Origin: Thermoplasmata archaeon
GTDB taxonomy: Archaea; Thermoplasmatota; Thermoplasmata; Lutacidiplasmatales; UBA184
NCBI GenBank assembly: GCA_049585415.1
Contig: JBAUZT010000027.1
Location: 993-64,992 of the forward strand
Direction: 5' to 3'
Length of the DNA: 64,000 nt
The first letter of the stretch is position 1. Each line of letters opens with the position of its first letter. Below the pieces are notes generated by a model, which was not told the origin of the DNA, did not search any database, and was given only the letters and a program-made list of their open reading frames with translations. Shown piece after piece: positions 27,000 through 36,099 of this stretch. A program made the position numbers and the translations under genes.

Positions 27000-27668
27000 A
27001 TGCCCGATCATTACACGCAACTGCTCGAGTGGCGCCGCAACGAGGCCGCGGTGCGTGGCCTCTCGAAGCTTCCGCACGACTTCTATCGTACCACGACCGC
27101 CTACCTCGCGGACGTGCGACGTTCCTACGAGAGCGAGCTCCGGGAGAATCCGTCCGGCCGCAAGGGGGAGATCTCTCGACAGACGTACCAGCGAGCGAGC
27201 CAGATCTCGCGCGACATCGTCGAGGCGCGGACCCAGAAAGTCTTGACCGCGGCGTTCCAGGCGAGCATCGGCGGAACGCCCGACCTCCCCAACGCGCTCG
27301 CGGAGGAGCGGGCCGTCTTCGATTCCGTACTGACCTCCCTCGCCCTGCACCGCCACGACGCGGCACCGTACCTCGAGCCCGCGGGCCCCGCGAAGTCTCC
27401 CGCGGTCGCCGCTCCGAACCCGCCGGCGCTCGCCCCCCCTCCCCCCGCACCGGAAACGCCGGCCCCCACGACGCGGAGCGGTCGGCCCCCCGCGCCGCTC
27501 ACCTATGTCCGGGTCGTGAAGAACAGCCGCCCGATCGAGGTCGGTTCCGAGACGATCGACCTCCGCGAGGACGACATCCTCTCGCTCCCCCCCGACGCCG
27601 CGAAGCTCCTGATCGATGCCAAGATCGCGGAACCCGTGGCGACGGGGCCGAACCGGCCGGTTACGTAA
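27000..27668 (+). CDS. GINS complex subunit (Gins51/Sld5-like)
   Basis: N-terminal helical A-domain motif LSKLPHDFY. Pro/Ala linker. C-terminal B-domain (YVRVVKNSRPIEV...LIDAKIAEPV). Confidence 0.55.
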   Translation: MPDHYTQLLEWRRNEAAVRGLSKLPHDFYRTTTAYLADVRRSYESELRENPSGRKGEISRQTYQRASQISRDIVEARTQKVLTAAFQASIGGTPDLPNALAEERAVFDSVLTSLALHRHDAAPYLEPAGPAKSPAVAAPNPPALAPPPPAPETPAPTTRSGRPPAPLTYVRVVKNSRPIEVGSETIDLREDDILSLPPDAAKLLIDAKIAEPVATGPNRPVT

Positions 27669-28791
27669 CGCGGGCGAGTCGCTCGGCGGACGCCGGCGGG
27701 GCGAGCTCGAGGGCGCGGAACCGGTCGAACCCGAACAGGAGGTTCTTTGCCGCCAACTGCAGTCGGACCTTCGCCTCCGCCGAATTCGCGGCACGGATCG
27801 CCGAGTCAAGGAGGGCCGGGAACCCCCACGCTCCGAGCGCTTCCGCCTGCGAGCGATACCCCAGCTCCGCGAGGCCGCTCGCCTTCGCCGCGGCGCGAAC
27901 TCGCGAGAAGTTGACGAACGTCGAGAGGTCGGACGTTCCGGGGGCGGCGAGCGGGTCCGACACGAAGCGGTGCGCCCGCACCGCCGCGAGGGTTCCCCCG
28001 GGGTGTCCCATCCACAGTTCGCGCTCTTCCGCGCCAAAGTCGAGAACGATCGCGAGACCCTCGGCGAGGTGGTCCGCGACCTCTCGAACGGTCGCCTCGG
28101 CGGCCGGCGAGACCTCCACTACGAGGTCGGTCGACTCGGGTGCGGGTAACGGGGTCCCGGGGATCGGTCGAACGAACGGCTTCTCCGCGGGCTCGACGCG
28201 ACCGGCCGCGACGCGCACGCCGAGCTCGTGCCATGCGCCATCGTGCCAGTGCAGCCGGCGAGCGGGTTGCGCGTCGAGGAACTCGTTCGCGAGGACGACG
28301 CCCCGGATCGGGCCCAGGGCGCCGAGCGAGTCCGAACGATGAACGGCGACGCGGCCCCTGAGGGGTCGGAGGCGTTCCTCGGCCTCCCGAAGGCGCGCCG
28401 ACGCCCGGTCGACCAGTACGTACTCGAGGCCGGGCGGGTCATCCCGAAGGGAGGCGACGAGCCCCTCCGCGAGGGTTCCGTCTCCGGGACCCAGCTCCAC
28501 GATCCGGAACGCCGAGGACCCGGCGATCGCGCGCCGGACGACGCGGATCCGTTCCGCGATGCTGCGAGCGAAGATCGGGCTCACGTGGGCGGCGGTGTAG
28601 AACTCCCCTTCCCGCCCGAGGGGCGACCGGGGCCGGTCATAGAACCCGAGGCCTTCCGCGTACAGGGCGATCTCCATGAAACGGTCGAACGGGAGGAACC
28701 CGTCGTCCCGTGCGACCTCGTGCAAGCGTTCGACCACGAGGAGCGAGCGCGCGGATTCCTCCGCGTCGAGCGGAGGGGGCGCGTCCGGCAT
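27661..28791 (-). CDS. MidA/NDUFAF7-like SAM-dependent methyltransferase (DUF185)
   Basis: Hallmark ELGPGDGTL motif and LANEFLDAQP motif. The ATG at 28791 was computed and checked against the sequence. The remainder of track ORF 27661..30201 is shadow. Confidence 0.7.
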   Translation of the reverse strand: MPDAPPPLDAEESARSLLVVERLHEVARDDGFLPFDRFMEIALYAEGLGFYDRPRSPLGREGEFYTAAHVSPIFARSIAERIRVVRRAIAGSSAFRIVELGPGDGTLAEGLVASLRDDPPGLEYVLVDRASARLREAEERLRPLRGRVAVHRSDSLGALGPIRGVVLANEFLDAQPARRLHWHDGAWHELGVRVAAGRVEPAEKPFVRPIPGTPLPAPESTDLVVEVSPAAEATVREVADHLAEGLAIVLDFGAEERELWMGHPGGTLAAVRAHRFVSDPLAAPGTSDLSTFVNFSRVRAAAKASGLAELGYRSQAEALGAWGFPALLDSAIRAANSAEAKVRLQLAAKNLLFGFDRFRALELAPPASAERLARVT

Positions 28792-28811
28792 GGGGTCGCG
28801 CGCGCCGGACC

Positions 28812-29594
28812 CTACCCAATGTAGCCGAGGTCGTCCCGTGGGGGCGCGCCGGGGGTCGCTGGTTCTCCCGAATGCTGCTCCGCCTCGTGGATCTTCTGCG
28901 CGATCCGGTCGATCTCCTTGGCCTTCGCCTGGAGCGCGGTGAAATCGAGGTCGATCTTGAGCACGCGCGCGAGCACCTTGAGGACGGCTTCCGCGCTGCG
29001 CGGGTCGACGAAGTAACCGCTCGTCTCCCCCATGAGGCAGACCCCTTCCATACCGGCCAGGCGACCGAGCCCGAGGAAGAGCCCGCTCGCCCCGATGAGG
29101 CCCCCGCCCGGGTCGTTCCGGGAGAAGACGACCGAGAACTTCTTCATCAGCTCGACCCGCGAGGCGCTCGTCGCCGCGCCGAGGACGCGAGGCTGCTCGA
29201 TGACGCGCCCCTGGGCGAAACCGGCGAGGGTGAACACCTCGCGAACCCCGAGCGCGTGACAGTAGTCGAGCACCCGCTCGGTGATCTCGTACTGCCCCTC
29301 GGGGCTGATCCCCTGGTAGTCGCCGCCGAGGATCAGGAGGTCGTGCTGGGCCGCCGCGGGAGCCTTCCAGTAAGAGAGGTCGTTGGAGACGAGGCGGATG
29401 ATCCCCTCTTCCGAGACGTACACCTGGGGCGGGAAGAACTTCGAGTGGACGGTCGCGAGCGGTTTCGCCGGCAGCTGGTCCCGTAGGTAGTCCGCGGCGA
29501 GCTTTCCTACATTGCCGACGCCGGGAAGGCCCTCGATCAGGATCGGGTCCCGAAGGGTGACCTTCTCGAGCGTGCGAATGACGACGTCTTCCAC
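28812..29594 (-). CDS. PAC2-family protein (proteasome assembly chaperone-like, COG1938)
   Basis: ILIEGLPGVGNVGKLAADYL N-terminal motif of the archaeal PAC2 family. Confidence 0.7.
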   Translation of the reverse strand: MEDVVIRTLEKVTLRDPILIEGLPGVGNVGKLAADYLRDQLPAKPLATVHSKFFPPQVYVSEEGIIRLVSNDLSYWKAPAAAQHDLLILGGDYQGISPEGQYEITERVLDYCHALGVREVFTLAGFAQGRVIEQPRVLGAATSASRVELMKKFSVVFSRNDPGGGLIGASGLFLGLGRLAGMEGVCLMGETSGYFVDPRSAEAVLKVLARVLKIDLDFTALQAKAKEIDRIAQKIHEAEQHSGEPATPGAPPRDDLGYIG

Positions 29595-29657
29595 GATTTC
29601 CCCGACGATGGGAGCCGGCCGCTGCCGATAAAGACTCGGTTACCGGCGCGTAGGCCA

Positions 29658-30428
29658 CTATCCCGGGGGGCTCTCGTCGGGACCGGTGGTCCAGCCGCTC
29701 TCTCCGACGTGGACGGGAGAGATCCGGCAGAGGTCCGGTCGGTTCCCGACCTTCTCGGTGAACAGGGTATGGGCGTAGCGCGCCCCGTGCACGTCCGCTC
29801 GGAGGTCGAAGACGAGGTCCGCGAGGTCCTGGAGGAGCCCGTAGACCGCCCGGTCGTGCTGGACCGAGTGGATGGTGAGGAGCGCCTGGCCGCCGATCGT
29901 CTGGCATCGGTGGCGGATCTGACGGGCGACCGTGGTCACGTCGTGCGGTTCGAGCACCTCGAAGAAGAAATCGACCGAGTCGAGGATCAGCCGGAACGGG
30001 GAGTCCATCCCGGCGAGGTCCGAGAGCATTCGGTTCGTCAGGCTGAACGTCGTGGTCGTCCGGTCCCGTGGGGTCGCGCCGACGAGGTCGTCCAGGGAGA
30101 GCCCCTGTTCTCGGGCGCGCGCGATATCCAGCCCGCGCACCAGCACCCGTTCGTAGTACTCGTCCGCGAGGTTGACGACCTTGATCTCGGCGGGGTCCCA
30201 TCCGAAGTCCTCGAACGCCTTGCGGACGTCTCCGGTCCGCTCGAACGTCGTGTAGAACAGGACCGGGACCCGGCCGGTACCGGCGTGCGCGAACTGCTTC
30301 GCGAGCAAGGGCGCCCCCGAGCCCGAGTGCCCCGACAAGAGGGCGAGCCAGCCGGGCGGTAGCGCGGCGAAGAGCGGACCGTCGATGTCGGGGATCCCAA
30401 AGATCTGGTCGGAGTCGCTCAACGTCAT
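29658..30428 (-). CDS. KaiC/RecA-like domain protein with a degenerate Walker A (GHSGSGAP)
   Basis: KaiC-like layout (GIPDIDGPLF...LLSGHSGSGAPLLAKQF), but the P-loop Lys/Thr are replaced by Ala/Pro. 4-nt overlap with the upstream gene. Confidence 0.65.
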   Translation of the reverse strand: MTLSDSDQIFGIPDIDGPLFAALPPGWLALLSGHSGSGAPLLAKQFAHAGTGRVPVLFYTTFERTGDVRKAFEDFGWDPAEIKVVNLADEYYERVLVRGLDIARAREQGLSLDDLVGATPRDRTTTTFSLTNRMLSDLAGMDSPFRLILDSVDFFFEVLEPHDVTTVARQIRHRCQTIGGQALLTIHSVQHDRAVYGLLQDLADLVFDLRADVHGARYAHTLFTEKVGNRPDLCRISPVHVGESGWTTGPDESPPG

Positions 30429-31006
30429 CGTCCCCGGCCGACGTCGATCGTCTCGTCGACGAGCAGGCTCAACATCTGCTCGAGTCCCCCGGCTTCCTCG
30501 TCCGAGGTCATCAGGATCAGCGCGAGCGCGTTCCGCGTCTTCAGGTTCGTGAGGAAGATATGGAAGAACTCGGAAAGGAGGTCGCGAGGGTTGTGGATCG
30601 CGAGGGCGTTCAAGCTGTCGACGACCACGATCGACCGCGGGTGCGGGAACTTCCGCAGAAGGTAGTCGACCCGCAGCATGATCTCCTCGAGCGCCCGCGG
30701 CGTCTCGAGGTAGGTCGCGTTGGGGAGCGGGTTCGCGTAGTTCATCATGATATGACTGATCACATCGACGAACGAGATCCGGTCCTGCGGAACGTCGAGC
30801 GCCTGGGCGAGCGACCAGACGAACGAGGCGGGGTTGGTGACCGTGATGTAGATCGTGTGCGCGTCCTTCTCGCTCCCGACGTCGCGGAGCGTGGCGTTGA
30901 GCACGGCGAAGTAGTGGTCCGCGTACTCCCGCGGGTCCAGCTTCAGCGCGACCGCACTGCCTCCGGGGATCGAGCGGAGCCGCTCCCCGATGTCCACCGG
31001 GGGCAC
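30425..31006 (-). CDS. KaiC/RecA-like domain protein lacking a Walker A motif
   Basis: RecA-fold landmarks: Walker-B-like SIVVVDSLNAL, then ALILMTSD. No GxxxxGK[ST]. Confidence 0.55.
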   Translation of the reverse strand: MPPVDIGERLRSIPGGSAVALKLDPREYADHYFAVLNATLRDVGSEKDAHTIYITVTNPASFVWSLAQALDVPQDRISFVDVISHIMMNYANPLPNATYLETPRALEEIMLRVDYLLRKFPHPRSIVVVDSLNALAIHNPRDLLSEFFHIFLTNLKTRNALALILMTSDEEAGGLEQMLSLLVDETIDVGRGR

Positions 31007-31010
31007 GGGA

Positions 31011-31859
31011 TTACGCTCCCTCGGGGTGGCTGCCCTTCAGGTGGGGCGCCATCAGGAGGCCGATCGGCGTGAGTTCGATCACGTACTGGGCCCGGGAGTG
31101 CGCGGTGCCCCGCATCTTGACGATCTGAAGGACCCGCAAAATGTCCCCCTGACGGCGGGTGTTCCACAGCAGGATGACCCCGTCCACGATCGCCTCCTCG
31201 ACGCCGTGCATCGAGTAGCGGCCCGCGGTCGGACCGATCTCGGAGACGAGGAGGGACGTGCACCCGAGCGCGCTCAGCGACTGGCCGAGGCGGAGCATGA
31301 AATCCCGGATCGCCTCGTCGCGTCGGATCCGATAGCAGACCGAGGTGAGGCTGTCGAGGACGAGCCGCTTCACCCCGAGGGTCTTCACGAGGTCGTGGAT
31401 CGTGCGGATGAGGATGTCGATCTCGTCCGGGGTGAGCTCCTCGCGCTCGAGCCCGAGCTTGTCGTAGAGGTTCGGGAGGTCGACGAAGACGAGCGACCCG
31501 TCGCTCACGAGGTCCGGTCGAAAGAACTCGAAGGTGGAGAGGTTCTGGATCAACTTCTGGGACGCCTCGGTCACGGACAGGAAGAGCGAACGCTCGCCCC
31601 GCTCGGCCCCCCGGACCAGGAACTCGAGGCAGAGCGTGGTCTTCCCCGTGCCGACGCTCCCCGCCACGAGCACCATGTTGCCGCGGGGGATGCCCCCGCC
31701 GAGGATGTCGTCGAGCCCCTCGATTCCCGTGGCGCACCGCTCGAGCACGTTCGCGGGGGCCATGAGCGACCGAGGGGCCGGGGGCTCGGCCGGCAACGGC
31801 GGGGCCGCGGGAGCTTCCATCGAGAGAACGAGCCGTTCCGAGCCTATGAGGGTTGTCAT
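31011..31859 (-). CDS. KaiC-like RecA-superfamily ATPase (intact)
   Basis: GIEGLDDILGGGIPRGNMVLVAGSVGTGKTTLCLEF: intact Walker A, with Walker B. The ATG at 31859 forms an ATGA overlap with the upstream HerA-like gene. Confidence 0.75.
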   Translation of the reverse strand: MTTLIGSERLVLSMEAPAAPPLPAEPPAPRSLMAPANVLERCATGIEGLDDILGGGIPRGNMVLVAGSVGTGKTTLCLEFLVRGAERGERSLFLSVTEASQKLIQNLSTFEFFRPDLVSDGSLVFVDLPNLYDKLGLEREELTPDEIDILIRTIHDLVKTLGVKRLVLDSLTSVCYRIRRDEAIRDFMLRLGQSLSALGCTSLLVSEIGPTAGRYSMHGVEEAIVDGVILLWNTRRQGDILRVLQIVKMRGTAHSRAQYVIELTPIGLLMAPHLKGSHPEGA

Positions 31860-34165
31860 TCGGCGGAACGCTCCGGTCCCTCCTCGAGAGCGGAGGTGAG
31901 CGCGAGTTCCTCGACTCGTTGGCGGTCGACCCACCAACACGCCCCGTGGTCGTCCCGACCTCGACGGACGATGGCGCCCCCGCGGGCCAACCGGCTCCCC
32001 AGCCCTCGAAGGTCGCGCTCGTTCGGGCCGATTGCCCGACGCAGCTCCGCGAGCGAGATGCGGACCACCGCGGGGTCACCATCGGGGACCGAACGGCGAA
32101 GCATCTCCAAAAAAAGGGCGAGCGGCGCCTCCCGGACCGGTGACCTCCAAGGTACCGCTTCCAAAGCCACCCCCGCGGTTCGTCTCGGGACTCGGGCCGT
32201 GCGGACCCAGTGGAACGAGTTGCCCTTGCCGAGCAGCAGCGCCGCCTCTCCCCGGGGCAGCGAGAGAATGGATTCGGGGGAGATCCCGTGGACGAGGCGC
32301 GAGAACTCTCGGGCCTCTTCGGGCGACCCGCGAAATCCCACGAAGTCCGCGACGTTCGTCCAGATCGATTCCGCCACCGCCTCGGGCAACGACGCGATCG
32401 CCTGCGTCGCGACGACCACGTGAATGTTCCGGCGGCGACCAAGCCGCAGCATCTCCGCGAGGCTCTCGTGCGCGAACCATTGCGCTTCGTCCAGCACCAC
32501 GAACGTCTTCGCCCCGTTCGACCTCGCAAGCAGCTCGGACCAGACAAGCGCGAGATAGACGGAGAGCAGGTAGCGCGCGGTCGACTCCCCGACGTTCGCG
32601 GCATCGCCCGAGACGAGCAGGATCCGCCCCGGCCCGAGGAGGTCCTGCACTCGGGTCTCGGGCGAGCGTCGGCAGAACGCCCGTGTCAGGAGAGGATTGC
32701 GGATCACCTCGAACAGCAGACGACGCGCACCGTCCGCGTCCTCCGGCCGGCTTCGGATGCGGTCGGCGAGTTCGCCTACGGGGCCCTGCGCTTCGGGGGG
32801 AAGGGTGCGAAAGCCGCGTCCCCCGCAAGCGAGCAGCGCGTGCGCGTCCTCCAGCGTGCCCTCGGGGAGGGAAGCTGCGGCCCCGAGGGCCCGAAGGAGC
32901 ATCTCTTCGAGTCTCGGGCCCCAGAACCCCGAATCGACGTACCGACCGGAGCGGACCCGCCGAAGGGAATGGACGAGGTCGTTGAGCCGCCGTTCCCGCT
33001 GCGCGATCCGGAGGGTGGATTCCGGTCCGATGCCTTCGAGGGCGTTCAACCCCGGCGCCGTCTCCGGGTCGATGTGAGTCAAGCGACCCGACACCGCGGG
33101 AGCGATCTCCGCCCGGACCGCGTCGGCGGTTTCTCCGAGGGGGTCGAACAGCACGAGACCCGCGCCCGAGACGATCCGTCGGCTCAACGCGACCAGGAGG
33201 GAGCTCTTGCCCATCCCCGTCTCCCCGAGCACGGCGAGGTGGCGACCTTGATGAGGTTCGATGGGGGGGCCGATGGCAATACCTGCCGCCGTGCGGCCGA
33301 GCGCGAGCAAGGACGCCGATTCGACCCCAGACCCGTCGACCTCGCCCGCCACGAAACAATCGGGGGTCGGCATCGTCAGTGCGACCTCGGAGTCGCTCAT
33401 CGGGAACCCGTCCGCCCAGCGACGCGTCCATCGCCGCTGATGAAATCTGATGCCGTTCCCGGTCGGCGTACGCGTGGCGGACTCGAGCGCACGGGCCACC
33501 ATCGAATCGCGGTCCGGGGTCCCGAGCCGCACTTCGGAGCGTAGGCGAATTCTCCCCGCCCAGAACGTCGGATTTTCGGGAAGCTCCACGCTCGGGGTCC
33601 GGACGGGAGCTCCCCCCCTTCCGGCAGGCGGTCGTCCCGGCGGCAATTCGTTCACGGAGGCTCGGGGAGTCCACCGACTGCGATGCACGAGGGGCGTCGC
33701 CCGAAACGACCATTCGAGGCGAATCCCCGGAGGCATCGCGCTGAGCGCCATCACCACGCAATCAAGGGTGGAACCCCCGTCCGCCTCCGAACGAAGTGGG
33801 GTCGGCCAGGGTTCGCAACGGTACCCTTCCCATCCCCTCTCGACCCCCGGCCCCTCGGTCCTGCCCGGTGCCCAACGCCACTGAAACGGGTCGTACGCTC
33901 GCACGAGTGCTCGTCCCGCCCACCGAGTCGATATCGGCCCGTCGGGAACCAGTGAGAGTTTGGGTTCCGGTCCGGATTGGACGAAAGTTCGGAACGACAC
34001 TCCCGAACCGTGTCCCGCCCGCAACGCGACCGTCAGCCGAGCCCGAAGCGAACGAAGATCCTCCGGACGGCTCGTGCCCGGGGGACGCGAGCGAAAGACC
34101 CAGCGGCCGTTTTCGGGGACCGACGTCACGGGGCGGAACCGATGCGTCCCGGGATTCGTCCTCAC
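31856..34165 (-). CDS. HerA/FtsK-superfamily P-loop ATPase (DUF87 / AAA-like, VirB4/TraG-like)
   Basis: Walker A LAVLGETGMGKSSL. Walker B FVVLDEAQWF. NIHVVVATQ motif typical of HerA/FtsK. About 280-aa non-membrane N-terminal region. Confidence 0.7.
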   Translation of the reverse strand: MRTNPGTHRFRPVTSVPENGRWVFRSRPPGTSRPEDLRSLRARLTVALRAGHGSGVSFRTFVQSGPEPKLSLVPDGPISTRWAGRALVRAYDPFQWRWAPGRTEGPGVERGWEGYRCEPWPTPLRSEADGGSTLDCVVMALSAMPPGIRLEWSFRATPLVHRSRWTPRASVNELPPGRPPAGRGGAPVRTPSVELPENPTFWAGRIRLRSEVRLGTPDRDSMVARALESATRTPTGNGIRFHQRRWTRRWADGFPMSDSEVALTMPTPDCFVAGEVDGSGVESASLLALGRTAAGIAIGPPIEPHQGRHLAVLGETGMGKSSLLVALSRRIVSGAGLVLFDPLGETADAVRAEIAPAVSGRLTHIDPETAPGLNALEGIGPESTLRIAQRERRLNDLVHSLRRVRSGRYVDSGFWGPRLEEMLLRALGAAASLPEGTLEDAHALLACGGRGFRTLPPEAQGPVGELADRIRSRPEDADGARRLLFEVIRNPLLTRAFCRRSPETRVQDLLGPGRILLVSGDAANVGESTARYLLSVYLALVWSELLARSNGAKTFVVLDEAQWFAHESLAEMLRLGRRRNIHVVVATQAIASLPEAVAESIWTNVADFVGFRGSPEEAREFSRLVHGISPESILSLPRGEAALLLGKGNSFHWVRTARVPRRTAGVALEAVPWRSPVREAPLALFLEMLRRSVPDGDPAVVRISLAELRRAIGPNERDLRGLGSRLARGGAIVRRGRDDHGACWWVDRQRVEELALTSALEEGPERSAE

Positions 34166-34250
34166 TCTTCCCGCTGAACGCTGGGCGATGCGTTAGGTCG
34201 TCACTCTCAAGTGGCCGGCCGCGTCGGGAGTCGACCGGATCGGGATACGG

Positions 34251-35372
34251 ATGTCGTCCCTCGAAGAGCACATCGTCGAGGTGGAGGAGGAGATCCGACG
34301 CACTCCGTACAACAAAGCGACCTCGGGCCACATCGGGCGACTGAAGGCGAGACTCGCGGTTCTCCGCCTGGAACGCGAGACCCGGGCGAAGGGCAAGGGC
34401 GGCGGCGTGGGTTATGCGGTACGGAAGAGCGGTCACGCGACGGTGGGGCTGGTTGGATACCCCTCCGTCGGCAAGTCCACGTTACTCAATCGGCTCACCG
34501 CCGCCGACAGCGAAACCGGCGCGTACGATTTCACCACGCTCTCGATCATCCCCGGGATGCTCCGCTGGGGCGGGGCGTCGATCCAGATCCTCGACATGCC
34601 CGGACTCGTGCCGGGCGCGGCGCGAGGTCGCGGTCGGGGCCGCGAGGTGCTCTCCGTCGTGCGTTCCGTCGACCTGATCCTCTTCATGATCGATCCCGAA
34701 CACACGAACCTGCGTGCCCTCGTCGAGGAGCTCGAGGGGTCGGGAGTACGCATCAACACTCGCCCCCCTCGGATCGTGGTGACCCACAACGACCGGGGCG
34801 GACTCACCGTGTCGAGCACTGTCCGCCTGACGCACCTGGGGGGTGGGCTCGCGTCCCAGATCGCGCGCGAGTTTAGTTTCCACAACGGCTCGATCATCTT
34901 CCGAGAGGACGCGACCCCGGAGCAGTTGATCGATGTCCTCGCGGGCAATCGGGTCTATGTGCCCGCGCTCCTCTCCGTCAACAAGAGCGAACTCTTGACC
35001 GCGGCCGACCGGGCGCGGATGGTCCTCGAGCAGCGCCCGTACGACCCGATCTTCGTCTCCGCCCGCGACCGACTGGGACTCGATGCCCTCGTCGACCGCG
35101 TCGGTCACGCGCTCCGATTCATCCGGGTCTACGTCAAGCCGCCCGGCCGTCCGCCGGACATGGACGAGCCGGTGATCCTTCGCGAGGGGGACAGCGTCCA
35201 GTCCCTGCTCGGGCGATTGCCGACCGAGCTGAACCGGACGTTCCGGGCCGCCCAGGTGTGGGGGAAGAGCGCACGATTTCCGGGCCAGACGGTCGGACGG
35301 GATCACATCCTCTCGGACGAGGACATCGTTACGGTCGTCGTCGCACGGGGCGCGGCCCGGGCGACGCTGTAG
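34251..35372 (+). CDS. Developmentally regulated GTP-binding protein (DRG/Obg family) with TGS domain
   Basis: GYPSVGKSTLLN G1 motif. DMPG G3 motif. C-terminal TGS domain. Confidence 0.9.
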   Translation: MSSLEEHIVEVEEEIRRTPYNKATSGHIGRLKARLAVLRLERETRAKGKGGGVGYAVRKSGHATVGLVGYPSVGKSTLLNRLTAADSETGAYDFTTLSIIPGMLRWGGASIQILDMPGLVPGAARGRGRGREVLSVVRSVDLILFMIDPEHTNLRALVEELEGSGVRINTRPPRIVVTHNDRGGLTVSSTVRLTHLGGGLASQIAREFSFHNGSIIFREDATPEQLIDVLAGNRVYVPALLSVNKSELLTAADRARMVLEQRPYDPIFVSARDRLGLDALVDRVGHALRFIRVYVKPPGRPPDMDEPVILREGDSVQSLLGRLPTELNRTFRAAQVWGKSARFPGQTVGRDHILSDEDIVTVVVARGAARATL

Positions 35373-36099
35373 CGGGACGCACGGCTCCCGGCCCGAAGAG
35401 CGCCGGTCCGGCCGTACCCCCGACGAAGTAGTGCCCCTTGTGGAACGGGTCGAGTCGGACCGACGGAGCGAGGTCGACCACCGACCGGAGCTCCCGCTCG
35501 GCGACCGCGAGGTGTCCGGGCGCATCGAGCTCCCGTCCCATGCTCGAGGTCTTGAGCGCGAGCAACACGGCACCCCCCGCGCCATCGAGCGCGAGCTCGG
35601 CGCACCGCCGGAGGATCTCCACCTGGTCGGGTTGGGCGACGTCCGCGTAGATACCGTCCACGGGAGGAAAGAACCGGCCGATCTCTCGCGGCGATCTCGC
35701 ATCGCCCAGGATCGGAAGGACATTGGGCCAACGCTCCGCGAGCGCGAGCAGCCGCGCGAACGGTCGCAGGCTGCGTTCGAGGGCGAACACTCGGCCCTCG
35801 GCTCCGACGAGGTCCGCGATGTGGGAGGCGGTCGTTCCACTCGCGGCGCCGAGGTACAACCACGTTTCCCGCTCGGTCGGGATCGGGCCCTTCCAGTCGT
35901 GGACGATCGCCGCGGAGAGCTTGCTGCGGCCCGGTTCGAACGAACGGAAACTGTGTCCCCCCGAGTCGATCCATCGCTCGCCGTACACTGGCGGCGGCGT
36001 TCCGACGGCCTCGGTGAACAGCTCGGTCCGGTCTCCCGACCGCGCGCGTACGAGCCGCGGCGATTGGCGGTCGGGGAGAAATCGGCGTCCGGCCCGCAT
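35329..36099 (-). CDS. flpA: Fibrillarin-like rRNA/tRNA 2'-O-methyltransferase
   Basis: LYLGAASGTTASHIADLV SAM motif. KLSAAI. The ATG at 36099 was computed and checked. About 25 extra C-terminal residues overlap the 3' end of the convergent DRG gene. Confidence 0.9.
   Translation of the reverse strand: MRAGRRFLPDRQSPRLVRARSGDRTELFTEAVGTPPPVYGERWIDSGGHSFRSFEPGRSKLSAAIVHDWKGPIPTERETWLYLGAASGTTASHIADLVGAEGRVFALERSLRPFARLLALAERWPNVLPILGDARSPREIGRFFPPVDGIYADVAQPDQVEILRRCAELALDGAGGAVLLALKTSSMGRELDAPGHLAVAERELRSVVDLAPSVRLDPFHKGHYFVGGTAGPALFGPGAVRPATASPGPRPVRRRP

Noticed and set aside
30990-32423. 477-aa plus-strand ORF across the KaiC/HerA-like junction
   Set aside because: It is antisense to two genes with intact Walker motifs. 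Its composition is Arg/Glu-rich and low-complexity.
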